A DNA stretch of 61,392 nucleotides, taken from the NCBI GenBank assembly GCA_964468225.1, contig CAYXVC010000001.1, forward strand, positions 3,386 to 64,777, written 5' to 3'. The notes under the pieces are model-generated. The model did no database searches and was not told where the DNA came from. It saw only the letters and a program-made list of their open reading frames with translations. Source of the DNA: an uncultured Gammaproteobacteria bacterium. GTDB taxonomy: Bacteria; Pseudomonadota; Gammaproteobacteria; JAADGQ01. The position numbers were made by a program, and so were the translations under genes. Each line of letters starts with the position of its first letter. The stretch's first letter is position 1. This document shows, piece after piece, positions 20,066-28,555 of this stretch.

Positions 20066-21109
20066 GTGATAGACAGTCAGACACATATTGACTCTTTGGC
20101 TTACAGCCAAGGCGCTCCTGAAGCCCGTGCCACTATTCGCAGCCAGGCTGAAGATTTTCAGGTCGAAGAGCAGTCCGGTTTTGAACCGGATCATGAAGGT
20201 GATCATGCTTGGCTTGTCATCAAGAAACGTCACACCAATACGGACTGGCTCGCTCGTCAATTAGCACAACATGCGAATGTTAAACTACTTGATGTGGGCT
20301 ATGCAGGCATTAAAGATCGACACGCAGTCAGCACTCAAAGCTTTACTGTCAACATTGCGGGCAAACAAGAGCCTGATTGGTCAGAGCTGAATTGTGATGA
20401 GATCACAATACTCAAAGTCACTCGCCACCGTAGAAAATTAAAGCGTGGCTCACTCATCGGCAATCGCTTTCAACTCATATTGCGCCACTTTGAAGGGTGT
20501 AAAGAGACCACCGAAGCGCGTTTACAAACCATCTCTGAGCATGGTGTACCCAACTATTTTGGCAGTCAGCGCTTTGGGTTTAATAACCTGCAACATGCAC
20601 ATGCTCTATTAGTTGATAAAGTTCAGGTAAAAGAGCGACACAAACGCAGTTTATACATCTCATCTGCACGCTCATTCCTCTTCAATATTGTACTTTCTGA
20701 ACGTGTTAAACAAGGTTTTTGGAATCGCTGCATGGTGGGTGATCGGCTGATCGACCCGGAAACAGAGCAACTCCTGATTACAGGAGCTTCTAACAACAAT
20801 CTGAATGGCTATCTCGATGCGATGAAAACCCACCCTACTGCTCCACTTTGGGGGCGTGGTTTGTTACAGACAACAGGGCAAGCACTTCAGTTTGAACAAG
20901 AAACATTATCAAAACAGAGTGACTGGCTGACAGGGCTTGAATATGCAGGGCTCCAGCAACAGCGCCGAGCAACGCGTCTTGAAGCAAAAAACCTGCAATG
21001 GTGCTGGCTGGATCATTCAACACTTCAATTGCAGTTCAATCTAACTTCTGGCAGCTATGCCACCACTGTTCTGAGAGAAGTTGCACATTGCTCTGCAAGT
21101 ACTCACTAG
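20066..21109 (+). CDS. truD: tRNA pseudouridine(13) synthase TruD
   Basis: GTG start. GYAGIKDRHAVSTQ (catalytic Asp context). Collinear with E. coli TruD. Confidence 0.88.
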   Translation: MIDSQTHIDSLAYSQGAPEARATIRSQAEDFQVEEQSGFEPDHEGDHAWLVIKKRHTNTDWLARQLAQHANVKLLDVGYAGIKDRHAVSTQSFTVNIAGKQEPDWSELNCDEITILKVTRHRRKLKRGSLIGNRFQLILRHFEGCKETTEARLQTISEHGVPNYFGSQRFGFNNLQHAHALLVDKVQVKERHKRSLYISSARSFLFNIVLSERVKQGFWNRCMVGDRLIDPETEQLLITGASNNNLNGYLDAMKTHPTAPLWGRGLLQTTGQALQFEQETLSKQSDWLTGLEYAGLQQQRRATRLEAKNLQWCWLDHSTLQLQFNLTSGSYATTVLREVAHCSASTH

Positions 21110-21519
21110 TAACCAAAAATTTGATCAAGAGTGCTTTCCAAACTTTCCAACTCGTCCACATTGCTCAGAGTTTTTAATCGTGTACCTTCACCATTGAATA
21201 ATACTAGTGTGGCATTACCAGCCATATTTTTGCGTGAAAATTCCACTCCTTTCCGAGAACCAGTTTCAACAATACGGAATTCGATGCGATCTTTATAAAA
21301 GCCTCTAATGGTATCGACCCGATTCATCATGTTAAGACTGCGAACGCCTTCTTTATTATGCACCAGTACAGCAACGTTTTTTCCACTACCAATCACGGAA
21401 AGATCTTCGCTATAACCCGTGGGCAGCATTTTGATTCCAAGCGTCATACCAATAATGATAATCAGAAGAATAAGTGACCACTGTATCCAACGGTTTTTAG
21501 TTATATTTATATTGCTCAT
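21106..21519 (-). CDS. Membrane-anchored hypothetical protein (thioredoxin-fold-like, no CxxC)
   Basis: Start at MSNINITKNRW.. preceded by GGAAGGAAAG. One N-terminal TM segment. No recognisable catalytic motif. Confidence 0.5.
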   Translation of the reverse strand: MSNINITKNRWIQWSLILLIIIIGMTLGIKMLPTGYSEDLSVIGSGKNVAVLVHNKEGVRSLNMMNRVDTIRGFYKDRIEFRIVETGSRKGVEFSRKNMAGNATLVLFNGEGTRLKTLSNVDELESLESTLDQIFGY

Positions 21520-21704
21520 GCTTTCCTTCCAAACAGTCTTGATGTGAGTAAGTCTCGAAAATATGCACAATAAAAACCACCTTCTCGCATTCCAGGAGCA
21601 CCTTCATCAACTCCTCCAAGCGTAATATAACCGATCATCTCACTTCTCCGAGCAATTAAAAGTTAATAATACTACTAATATCATTTTTCTTTTTGACTAT
21701 GACC

Positions 21705-21830
21705 CTAATCTTCAGCAATAACACGGTCTGTATCTAAGAAAGCATGTTGTGCCTCAAAGAAGGCGACACCATGTTTTTATTGATTTTCCTGATTCTTTTT
21801 CTCATCCCACTCAAAGTACTGTTTACTCAT
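21705..21830 (-). pseudogene. BrnT (DUF497) toxin remnant with an in-frame stop and truncated C-terminus
   Basis: Minus-strand reading: MSKQYFEWDEKKNQENQ*KHGVAFFEAQHAFLDTDRVIAED*. This matches the DUF497 N-terminal consensus FEWDE.KN..N..KHGV.FEEA...F.D. The TAA is at 21777-21779. No BrnA-like ORF follows. Confidence 0.65.
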
Positions 21831-21999
21831 AGGATAAATATAGCGTTGATATGGCTAAATAGCCATACTCATTAAGCAGGGCAATCGGACTTAAAACGCC
21901 TTGAAAAATAGATGCTGATAAGGTAATAGGTCTACCTTTTCGGATTTTAGAAAAATATTTAAGAAGGCTCCACATTTGCAGAATTCAGGTTACACAAAA

Positions 22000-22314
22000 T
22001 CACACCCTTTTTACAGATTGTTCCTCACTCACACTTCGCTCCACCTGTTTAATATCTGATGAAACTGATACCCGTGTTTCATCAATCAAACGGTGCAACT
22101 CTGCGAGATCAGCTTCTTTTGCCATACTGTTTTTCAGGCTATCCACTCTCTCCAGCTCGTCATTAACGCTATCTTTAGCGGATTGAAGCATCTGCTTTCC
22201 TTGCCGCACCCACGCTATCACTTTGCGCACTAACGCTGGAAATTCATCGGGACCAACCACTAACAGTGCCACAATTCCGATCAACAGCACTTCCCAAAAA
22301 CCGATATCGAACAT
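22000..22314 (-). CDS. tatB: Sec-independent translocase subunit TatB (short, 104 aa)
   Basis: MFDIGFWEVLLIGIVALLVVGPDEFPALVRKV is a typical TatB N-terminus. Confidence 0.85.
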   Translation of the reverse strand: MFDIGFWEVLLIGIVALLVVGPDEFPALVRKVIAWVRQGKQMLQSAKDSVNDELERVDSLKNSMAKEADLAELHRLIDETRVSVSSDIKQVERSVSEEQSVKRV

Positions 22315-22332
22315 TAATAATCTCCGATCAAA

Positions 22333-22539
22333 TTACACCTGAGTTTTACTATTTTTCAATGCCGCCTTTTCATCAGACCCATCAGCATTTTTACTCTCAT
22401 CATTCATTGCTTTCTTGAATCCGCTTAAAAAACCACCCATATCGTTACCCATGCCACGGAGTTTTTTAGTTCCAAAAATAAGCGCAACAATCGCTAAAAT
22501 AATCAAAAGTTGCCAGATACTGATTCCACCAAAACCCAT
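22333..22539 (-). CDS. tatA: Sec-independent translocase subunit TatA
   Basis: [31 protein letters not shown] is a typical TatA/E sequence. Confidence 0.88.
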   Translation of the reverse strand: MGFGGISIWQLLIILAIVALIFGTKKLRGMGNDMGGFLSGFKKAMNDESKNADGSDEKAALKNSKTQV

Positions 22540-22588
22540 AATTTCACCTCAATATTTATTTAGTCGATACATAATAGTACCACTCAAC

Positions 22589-22625
22589 AAAAAAAAAGGA
22601 TGCGCAGCCAATGACTGTGCATCCT
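22589..22625 (-). terminator. Intrinsic terminator after the molybdoenzyme large-subunit gene
   Basis: 11-bp stem (AGGATGCGCAG / CTGTGCATCCT, one mismatch) with a 7-nt loop. On the minus strand it is followed by a run of 8-9 T. It begins 23 nt after the stop at 22648. Confidence 0.7.
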
Positions 22626-22647
22626 AATATCCAGAAAACCGCCCCCT

Positions 22648-25356
22648 TTAAGCGATATTGCGTGGTGCAAAAGACATCGAACGGAAAGTCTTTTTATATT
22701 TAGACTCACCAATTTTTTTCACCCGGGCAATGCCCATCTTGTAGTTATAGTTACCCGTGATATTGTCAATCACGCGCGCCTGAACTGCATTAGAAGATTG
22801 CGCTACATTAAGAAAGTTGCTGTAGAGCACACCCTTCTTAATAGCAGGAGTCACCACAGCCACCGCTGTAAACGCACCCTTGGAAATTTCAATGTGGCCA
22901 TTCTTCATCAGCTCAGAGAACTGGAAGTCATTACCACCTACACCGAGAATCGTATCTTTAAAGATGGGAACACGATCATTCCATGCCATCACCATATCAC
23001 CCGACTCAATGCCGCGATTTTTGGCATCCTCTGGGTGTATTTCTACAAACTGAGCATCCCACGGGAAACGTTGCGCAATATAAGCACGCCGCTCCGTATC
23101 ATCAAAACCCGATTGCCAGATTTCATTCATACGGCCATTGGTATGCCACAACTCATCATCCTTGGGGTCGAGCCAGTTCCAGAGATCAGAAAAGAGACTC
23201 CAGGGGTGCTTCTGAATATTGACTTTACCGGTTTGCGAATTGAAATGGGTGTATTTTTTACTGTGAAAATTAGCTCCCGTAGGCCCATCCTTACCCCATT
23301 TTTTATCCATATCCGCCTGCGTCAACGTCGTATCATGCAACCGCTTAGTACCGTGTAATGTACCGTTGTCGTAGTTGTAGAAAGTCGGCCCCTGAATACC
23401 ATCAGTACCCAGCTCACGCATTTTTTCATGAAGCGTTTTTCCTTCTTTATGCGCAGCCACTTTCACCATATGAAACGCTTTGCGCCCCTTACGGCTGAAA
23501 CGTGACATCTCTTCAGCGACATCATTGGAATTTTTCCAGTCGTAACCTTCAAAACCCATGCGCTTGGCAAGCTGCCCTATAATCCACCAATCAGGTTTCG
23601 CTTCACCCGGTGCATCATAAAACTTGCTGTAGAGGCGCAAACGACGCTCTCCATTAGCCCGAGTGAAGTCCACTTCACCCCATGTTGCTGCTGGAAAGAT
23701 GATATCGGAATAGCGACCACCAATCGGATAACGCAAATAGATATCCTGATCAATCACCACCATGCCGCCAGAGTCAGCACGCTTTTTGAGCGTATCAATA
23801 ATCTCCTGCTTATCCCACGAACGCACCTGATTAGGATTATTCAGCGTCAGCTCTTCAAAGGTCTGTGCAAAGCGCCCTGACCCAAGCATGGATTGAATCC
23901 AGGTGGTACCGATAACATGCGCCATACGGACCTGACCGGAACGCAACCAGCGGTCAGTATCAAGTGCTCTTCTACGACGACCTGGTACTTTCTCTGGCGA
24001 TTTGTTACGCGGATGCGCTGCGCCACTTTGACCACCACGCTGATGACCGCCAAAACGCCCTACAACCTGCCCGGGACGGCCTCCGGCACCACAACTGGTT
24101 GCCAGTGAAGAGATGGCGTTGGTATTGGCCGTATTATTAGACCAGTAGAAACCCTTTTCGATACCAAAAGAGGCTTTAACCCGACTGCCATCGGCTTTCG
24201 GTTTAGCAATCCACTCCGCAGCTTGTTTGATTTTCTTCGCATCAACACCTGAAATTTTAGCCGCATTAGTGAGCTTGTAATCATCCTGAGAGAGCAACCA
24301 TTTTTTGTAGCCCTCAAAACCACTGGTCTGGAATTTACCCCAAGTAGTACGCCATTGCCACGGCGTATTACGAGTCCCTTGCCCAAAGCCTGAGCTCGAT
24401 TCCCACTTGTTGTTGACCCACTTTTCAACCCACTCTTTATCTTCCCAGCCATTCTCCAGAATGATGCGTGTAATTGCACCCACCACCAGAACATCAGTCC
24501 CTGGTATGACATCCAGATGGATGCCTTTGCCGGTTTTCACCGCGTAAGCAATCCCTGCTGTCTGGCGTGGATTGAGCCAGATCGTCTTCATACCACGATC
24601 AATCCCCGGTTTTATGTATTGAGTGTAGATAATGGTTTTTGTCTCATAAGGATCAGTGCCACAAACCACCAACGTATCAGCCGCCCCCCAATCTTCATAA
24701 GATGGGCCGAAATTATCAAACCCGGCATCACGAAAACCGGGCGTGGAAGTCACCCGCGCCGGAGTATCATGCCAAGTAAAAGCGGCTGTGTTGATATCCT
24801 TGCCACCAAACTTGGTAATTGCGTAGGTATTTTCCATGTATTGGTAAGAGTACGTTTTGATGGAATAGGCATTCGCCCCATGCTCTTTCACTACATGTTT
24901 GGCCACCTCCGCCGCCACTTCCAGCGCAAAATCCCACGATACGGGCTGCAAAATACCAAAGATGCGCATCAGCGGTGTTTTCAAACGATCTCGTGTCGGA
25001 CTATCCGGGTTATAGCATTTTTGCGCAATACAACCCCCACGAATACTCGCATCGCCTGATAAATTGACCGCTTTGGTCTGTCTATCAGGAAGCACCACTA
25101 CATTGTGAGGTCTGCTTTTATGCATCACCACATTATGCTGCGTCGGTGCCACCCACTCCTCAAGTGCCGAGCAAGGAAAATCGACACCAAAAGCATTTTG
25201 TGACGCTTTGGGACCACCATCACCGCTGCCCAGTGGCCAACGATAAACCTTGTAGCCACAAGCGACGATACAGTAGTCGCACGCTGTTGTTAGAACATCT
25301 GCGTTTTTCGGTGGAAGTGGGGCGCTATCCCCAGGGATATAATATTCAGTTGCCAT
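22648..25356 (-). CDS. idrA: AioA/IdrA-family molybdopterin oxidoreductase, large (catalytic) subunit; candidate iodate reductase IdrA (arsenite oxidase AioA not excluded)
   Basis: 902 aa with no signal peptide. N-terminal 3Fe-4S motif CDYCIVAC (C-x2-C-x3-C) in TTACDYCIVACGYKVYRW, against AioA MTCHFCIVGCGYHVYKW. Collinear blocks: VVLPDRQ..SIRGG, GRFGGHQRGG, and the C-terminal ...RSMSFAPRN. AGGAGG lies 7 nt upstream. The gene context is two cytochrome c peroxidases. Confidence 0.6.
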   Translation of the reverse strand: MATEYYIPGDSAPLPPKNADVLTTACDYCIVACGYKVYRWPLGSGDGGPKASQNAFGVDFPCSALEEWVAPTQHNVVMHKSRPHNVVVLPDRQTKAVNLSGDASIRGGCIAQKCYNPDSPTRDRLKTPLMRIFGILQPVSWDFALEVAAEVAKHVVKEHGANAYSIKTYSYQYMENTYAITKFGGKDINTAAFTWHDTPARVTSTPGFRDAGFDNFGPSYEDWGAADTLVVCGTDPYETKTIIYTQYIKPGIDRGMKTIWLNPRQTAGIAYAVKTGKGIHLDVIPGTDVLVVGAITRIILENGWEDKEWVEKWVNNKWESSSGFGQGTRNTPWQWRTTWGKFQTSGFEGYKKWLLSQDDYKLTNAAKISGVDAKKIKQAAEWIAKPKADGSRVKASFGIEKGFYWSNNTANTNAISSLATSCGAGGRPGQVVGRFGGHQRGGQSGAAHPRNKSPEKVPGRRRRALDTDRWLRSGQVRMAHVIGTTWIQSMLGSGRFAQTFEELTLNNPNQVRSWDKQEIIDTLKKRADSGGMVVIDQDIYLRYPIGGRYSDIIFPAATWGEVDFTRANGERRLRLYSKFYDAPGEAKPDWWIIGQLAKRMGFEGYDWKNSNDVAEEMSRFSRKGRKAFHMVKVAAHKEGKTLHEKMRELGTDGIQGPTFYNYDNGTLHGTKRLHDTTLTQADMDKKWGKDGPTGANFHSKKYTHFNSQTGKVNIQKHPWSLFSDLWNWLDPKDDELWHTNGRMNEIWQSGFDDTERRAYIAQRFPWDAQFVEIHPEDAKNRGIESGDMVMAWNDRVPIFKDTILGVGGNDFQFSELMKNGHIEISKGAFTAVAVVTPAIKKGVLYSNFLNVAQSSNAVQARVIDNITGNYNYKMGIARVKKIGESKYKKTFRSMSFAPRNIA

Positions 25357-25369
25357 GTCGTCCCCCTCC

Positions 25370-25945
25370 TTATGATTGTATTAAGTTTGTGTTACGGCCA
25401 AAGATCAGCCCCATCATGCCGACGGCGTAAATCTTATCGCCATCAAGCTCCAGAAGCACCTGCGGTAAACTTTGATATGCCTGCCCCGATATGACGATGC
25501 CGTGGCGCGTCAGATCGTAAGTAGATAAGTGCAGAGGGCACTGCCCCAAGACGCGATGATTACCTTCCACCTGATAAGTCCCTTGCATAGGCCCACCCTG
25601 GTGAGTACATAAGTAGTTAAATGCGACGATATCGCGCTGCTTGCCAATACCACCGCCTGCTTCAACACCGCCCATCTTCACCAGCATCGCATCAGAATTC
25701 GGCAAATTATCTGGGTAATTAAAGCTCTCTGGCTTGTTATCACGCAGTTTGCTTAACCTTCCGATCAACTTGCGAGGATATTGCGCCACTTGAGCATCTC
25801 TCGCAAAAGCAGTCCCCGGAAACAGTGTCACCGTACTGGCCGCCGTAATACCCGCACCCGAATAGAGCAAGAACTCACGGCGGTTGACCATGCAGTTGCC
25901 ATGAGCCTCCGCAGATCGCTCTTCTTTTTTAATTTCAGTGGTCAT
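25370..25945 (-). CDS. idrB: AioB/IdrB-family Rieske [2Fe-2S] small subunit with twin-arginine signal
   Basis: Tat motif NRREFLLYSGAG...AFA. Rieske ligands CTH...CPLH (C-x-H / C-x-x-H). The ATG forms an ATGA overlap with the upstream peroxidase stop. Confidence 0.65.
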   Translation of the reverse strand: MTTEIKKEERSAEAHGNCMVNRREFLLYSGAGITAASTVTLFPGTAFARDAQVAQYPRKLIGRLSKLRDNKPESFNYPDNLPNSDAMLVKMGGVEAGGGIGKQRDIVAFNYLCTHQGGPMQGTYQVEGNHRVLGQCPLHLSTYDLTRHGIVISGQAYQSLPQVLLELDGDKIYAVGMMGLIFGRNTNLIQS

Positions 25946-27108
25946 TTTTTAACCCCCTTAAGTTCCGCCAATGTAAACAGCGGTGCATAATCAGGCAATT
26001 TTGGTTTTGCCATTTCAATTTCATCACCCGAAAATGCTTCTATGAAAGCGACAAGATCTTCTTTCTCCTCATCCGTCAGACCTAATTTTTTAATCAGCGG
26101 ACTTTTGGTTTTATAAGAAGTAGTGCGACCATCTTCGGTAAAGCCGCCTCGATCATAGAAGTCCACCACCTCTTCCATAGTAAAGAGCTGTCCATTATGC
26201 CCATAAGGTGCTGTGTACGCGGTGTAACGCAACGAAGGTGTACGGAATTTACCCAGTGACCACTTGTTTTTATTACGGAAATAAAGCCCAGGGTCATCCT
26301 TTGATGTGCGATATAACTCTTCTGTCGCACCCTTGGCGTAGAGTTCAAAACGATAAGTGATCTGCGCCAAACCATCTTCCAGCCAACGTGGGCTCGGTGG
26401 CATACCGACATTGTAATATTTTTCATCCGTCGCCAACGGGCCATTGTGACATTGCACACAGCCTGCTTTACCTTCAAACAACGCTTTACCACGCACCTGC
26501 TCTTCGCTTAATGCGGACTTGTCACCCCGCAGATATTGATCCAGCGGCGTATCTTTTTGAATCAGCGTCCGTTCAAAAGCAGCAATAGCACGCCATGCAT
26601 TTTTGATGGTGGGCCAAGGTTGGCCAAACACTGTGTTGAAACGTTTGACGTAGTCTGGGATCAATCGCAGACGTGCCTCCATCAAATCACGTTCACCGTT
26701 ACCGGCAACGCCCCCACGAGCGGCCGATGGCGCTTGTGCCTCCAATGAAGGAACCGAACCTGCCCAAAAGAGCTTGCCGTAGTAGCCGGAATTGATGATG
26801 GTTTGACTGCTACGCCAATGCACCGTACCGGGATAGCCGCGAGAGATATCCTCTGCCCATGACCAGCCTTGATCAGATGCATGACAGGTCGCACAACTGA
26901 TTGATGCATCCCCTCCCAAACGTGGATCAAAAAACAGTAGTTTACCCAGCGCCACCTTAGCATCTGACATCGGGTTATCTGCTGGAACCGGTGGATCATA
27001 ATCCAGCGATGCCAGTGATGGCTTGGCCGCCCATGCGGAACCTGCACAAAGCAGACCGATGGCCGTACTCATCACCAGCAGTTTGATACGAAATGTGATT
27101 GTATTCAT
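25942..27108 (-). CDS. Di-haem cytochrome c peroxidase (CCP/MauG family); IdrP-like
   Basis: Signal peptide. Two CxxCH motifs (CATCH, CVQCH). GAGGAGG RBS in the 14-nt spacer after the preceding peroxidase gene. Confidence 0.85.
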   Translation of the reverse strand: MNTITFRIKLLVMSTAIGLLCAGSAWAAKPSLASLDYDPPVPADNPMSDAKVALGKLLFFDPRLGGDASISCATCHASDQGWSWAEDISRGYPGTVHWRSSQTIINSGYYGKLFWAGSVPSLEAQAPSAARGGVAGNGERDLMEARLRLIPDYVKRFNTVFGQPWPTIKNAWRAIAAFERTLIQKDTPLDQYLRGDKSALSEEQVRGKALFEGKAGCVQCHNGPLATDEKYYNVGMPPSPRWLEDGLAQITYRFELYAKGATEELYRTSKDDPGLYFRNKNKWSLGKFRTPSLRYTAYTAPYGHNGQLFTMEEVVDFYDRGGFTEDGRTTSYKTKSPLIKKLGLTDEEKEDLVAFIEAFSGDEIEMAKPKLPDYAPLFTLAELKGVKK

Positions 27109-27122
27109 CTCTGCCTCCTCAA

Positions 27123-28250
27123 TTAATTACGTACGTTGTTCCAATCGGCGATGGCTTCGTACTCCTTCGGATAGGCTTCAGCCCATACGAATTCGCTTCC
27201 CGTCAATGCATCACCCGACAGAGATTCAAGAAAAGCCACCAAGTCCTTCTGTTCCTTGCCAGAAAGTCCAAGAGGCTTAATCAATGGGTCTTTGTGACTA
27301 TCAGGCCCACCGCCATTGTTATAGAACGCCACTACCTCTTTCAGTGTTTTTATCATGCCATTGTGCATATAGGGCGGCGTATGTTTCAGCTCACGCAATG
27401 TAGGCGTGATGAACTTGCCCATATCAGAACCATCTGCCGTGTGCGTCTGCACATAAGCTCCGGGGTCACGCTTCAGATTCATGTAATTACTGATTCCCAT
27501 GAAGCTGGCATAGGCAATAAATGCCTGATGACGTTCAGGATCCATAAACACATCGTAATTTTCTGGTACGCCCGTATTATGACCCTTGTTATCAGTAAAA
27601 TTGGCACCGTTATGGCATTGAATACAACCCGCCTTGCCTTTAAACAGCTTCATGCCACGCTTCGCTGACGACGACATTTTTCCGTTATCAAAAGGCGCAT
27701 TACGAGAAGTAAGCGTTTTCAAATACTCAGGTATGGCTTTACGGGTCGAACCGTTGGATGGCTCACCATATCCCGCATCTTTAAACATCTTCACATAAAC
27801 AGGATCCTGCTTAAGCCGCTCCTGCATGATGCGCATATCCATATTGAGAATATAATCCTCGGTGATCATGCCACGAGTCACATCATTAAGATTGGTACCA
27901 ATACGACCATCATGATTCCATACCGTTTTATGTACCGTATTGATCATCGTCGGTGAATTGCGAAAATGTTTATTGCCAGGATACCCAGGAGAAAGTGCAT
28001 CCGGATGAGAAAAGCCATGCTTTGGATCATGGCACTTGGCACAAGAGATTGCTGCATCCCCTGAAAGCCGTTTATCAAAAAAGAGTCGTTTACCCAGCTC
28101 CGCCTTTGCTTTGTCAATTTTTACCTTCGGTAGTGGGCCAATATCAGGTACGCTTGCCGCATTAGCACTCAAAGCGACCCCCAACCCCACTGCCACCGCT
28201 ATAAAATAGAGCAGCTTGGAATGCTGCTTTTTAATCGCCCTTACGGCCAT
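27123..28250 (-). CDS. Di-haem cytochrome c peroxidase (CCP/MauG family); IdrP-like
   Basis: Two CxxCH motifs (CAKCH, CIQCH). I prefer the start at MAVRAIKKQHSKLLYFIAVAV.. (28250) because GGAGGAGGGG lies directly upstream. The track ORF extends to 28331. Confidence 0.85.
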   Translation of the reverse strand: MAVRAIKKQHSKLLYFIAVAVGLGVALSANAASVPDIGPLPKVKIDKAKAELGKRLFFDKRLSGDAAISCAKCHDPKHGFSHPDALSPGYPGNKHFRNSPTMINTVHKTVWNHDGRIGTNLNDVTRGMITEDYILNMDMRIMQERLKQDPVYVKMFKDAGYGEPSNGSTRKAIPEYLKTLTSRNAPFDNGKMSSSAKRGMKLFKGKAGCIQCHNGANFTDNKGHNTGVPENYDVFMDPERHQAFIAYASFMGISNYMNLKRDPGAYVQTHTADGSDMGKFITPTLRELKHTPPYMHNGMIKTLKEVVAFYNNGGGPDSHKDPLIKPLGLSGKEQKDLVAFLESLSGDALTGSEFVWAEAYPKEYEAIADWNNVRN

Positions 28251-28555
28251 ACCTACCCCTCCTCCAGATTGAAAAATCTCAAACCGCTGCGCTGTTTTTA
28301 AATCAACACAACGGAGGACTATTGTTTGCACTCATTCGTACAGTTAAATAGCAATGCATAATGCAGGCCAGCCATAAAAGGCAACAATATTTCTATATAA
28401 TTCAACAGAGTAAGAAATAGATACGAACAGAAGAAGATGAACGTTTCGTTCTACAGCAACGCCTTGCTCACAAACTTGCAGTTACAAACAAAACAAAACG
28501 TTCAGGGAGCTTTCAGATAGGGAGAGCAAACGACACAACCAGTGCATCAACCAGT

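Noticed and set aside
21106-21109. Convergent truD and the membrane-protein gene share the palindrome CTAG, so their stop codons overlap.
   Set aside because: This is a real but trivial consequence of TAG being part of a palindromic tetramer. No functional implication.
21823-21975. 50-codon minus-strand ORF (MWSLLKYFSKIRKGRPITLSASIFQGVL...) between tatB and the brnT remnant.
   Set aside because: No RBS, no recognisable similarity (not TatC-like), and it overlaps the brnT start. Probably non-coding debris.
22798-25059. Long plus-strand ORFs (186, 180, 150 aa etc.) antisense to the molybdoenzyme gene. Similar ones lie opposite the peroxidase genes (27099-27668), lpd (35259-35807) and aceE (38718-39260).
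   Set aside because: They lie entirely inside strongly supported genes on the other strand. Their products are low-complexity with no motifs, RBS or sensible starts. These are typical shadow ORFs of codon-biased, relatively GC-rich genes.
28293-28306. FNR/CRP-like half site (minus strand TTGAT-ttaa-AAACA) about 45 nt upstream of the first peroxidase ATG.
   Set aside because: Only one half matches TTGAT-N4-ATCAA. It is too weak to call without a position weight matrix score and a mapped transcription start.
22648-28331. Apparently higher GC content of the Idr-like block compared with the flanking lipoprotein genes, as evidence for horizontal transfer.
   Set aside because: Spot counts of single 60-nt lines gave about 52-60% in idrA against about 28% in the lipoprotein gene. 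However, aceE and other core genes in the window are equally GC-rich. Without a genome-wide baseline this is not evidence of foreign origin.
28439-28451. Palindrome GAACG-ttt-CGTTC in the 305-nt region upstream of the peroxidase operon.
   Set aside because: The 5-bp arms are expected by chance in AT-rich intergenic DNA. I could find no second copy or associated promoter.
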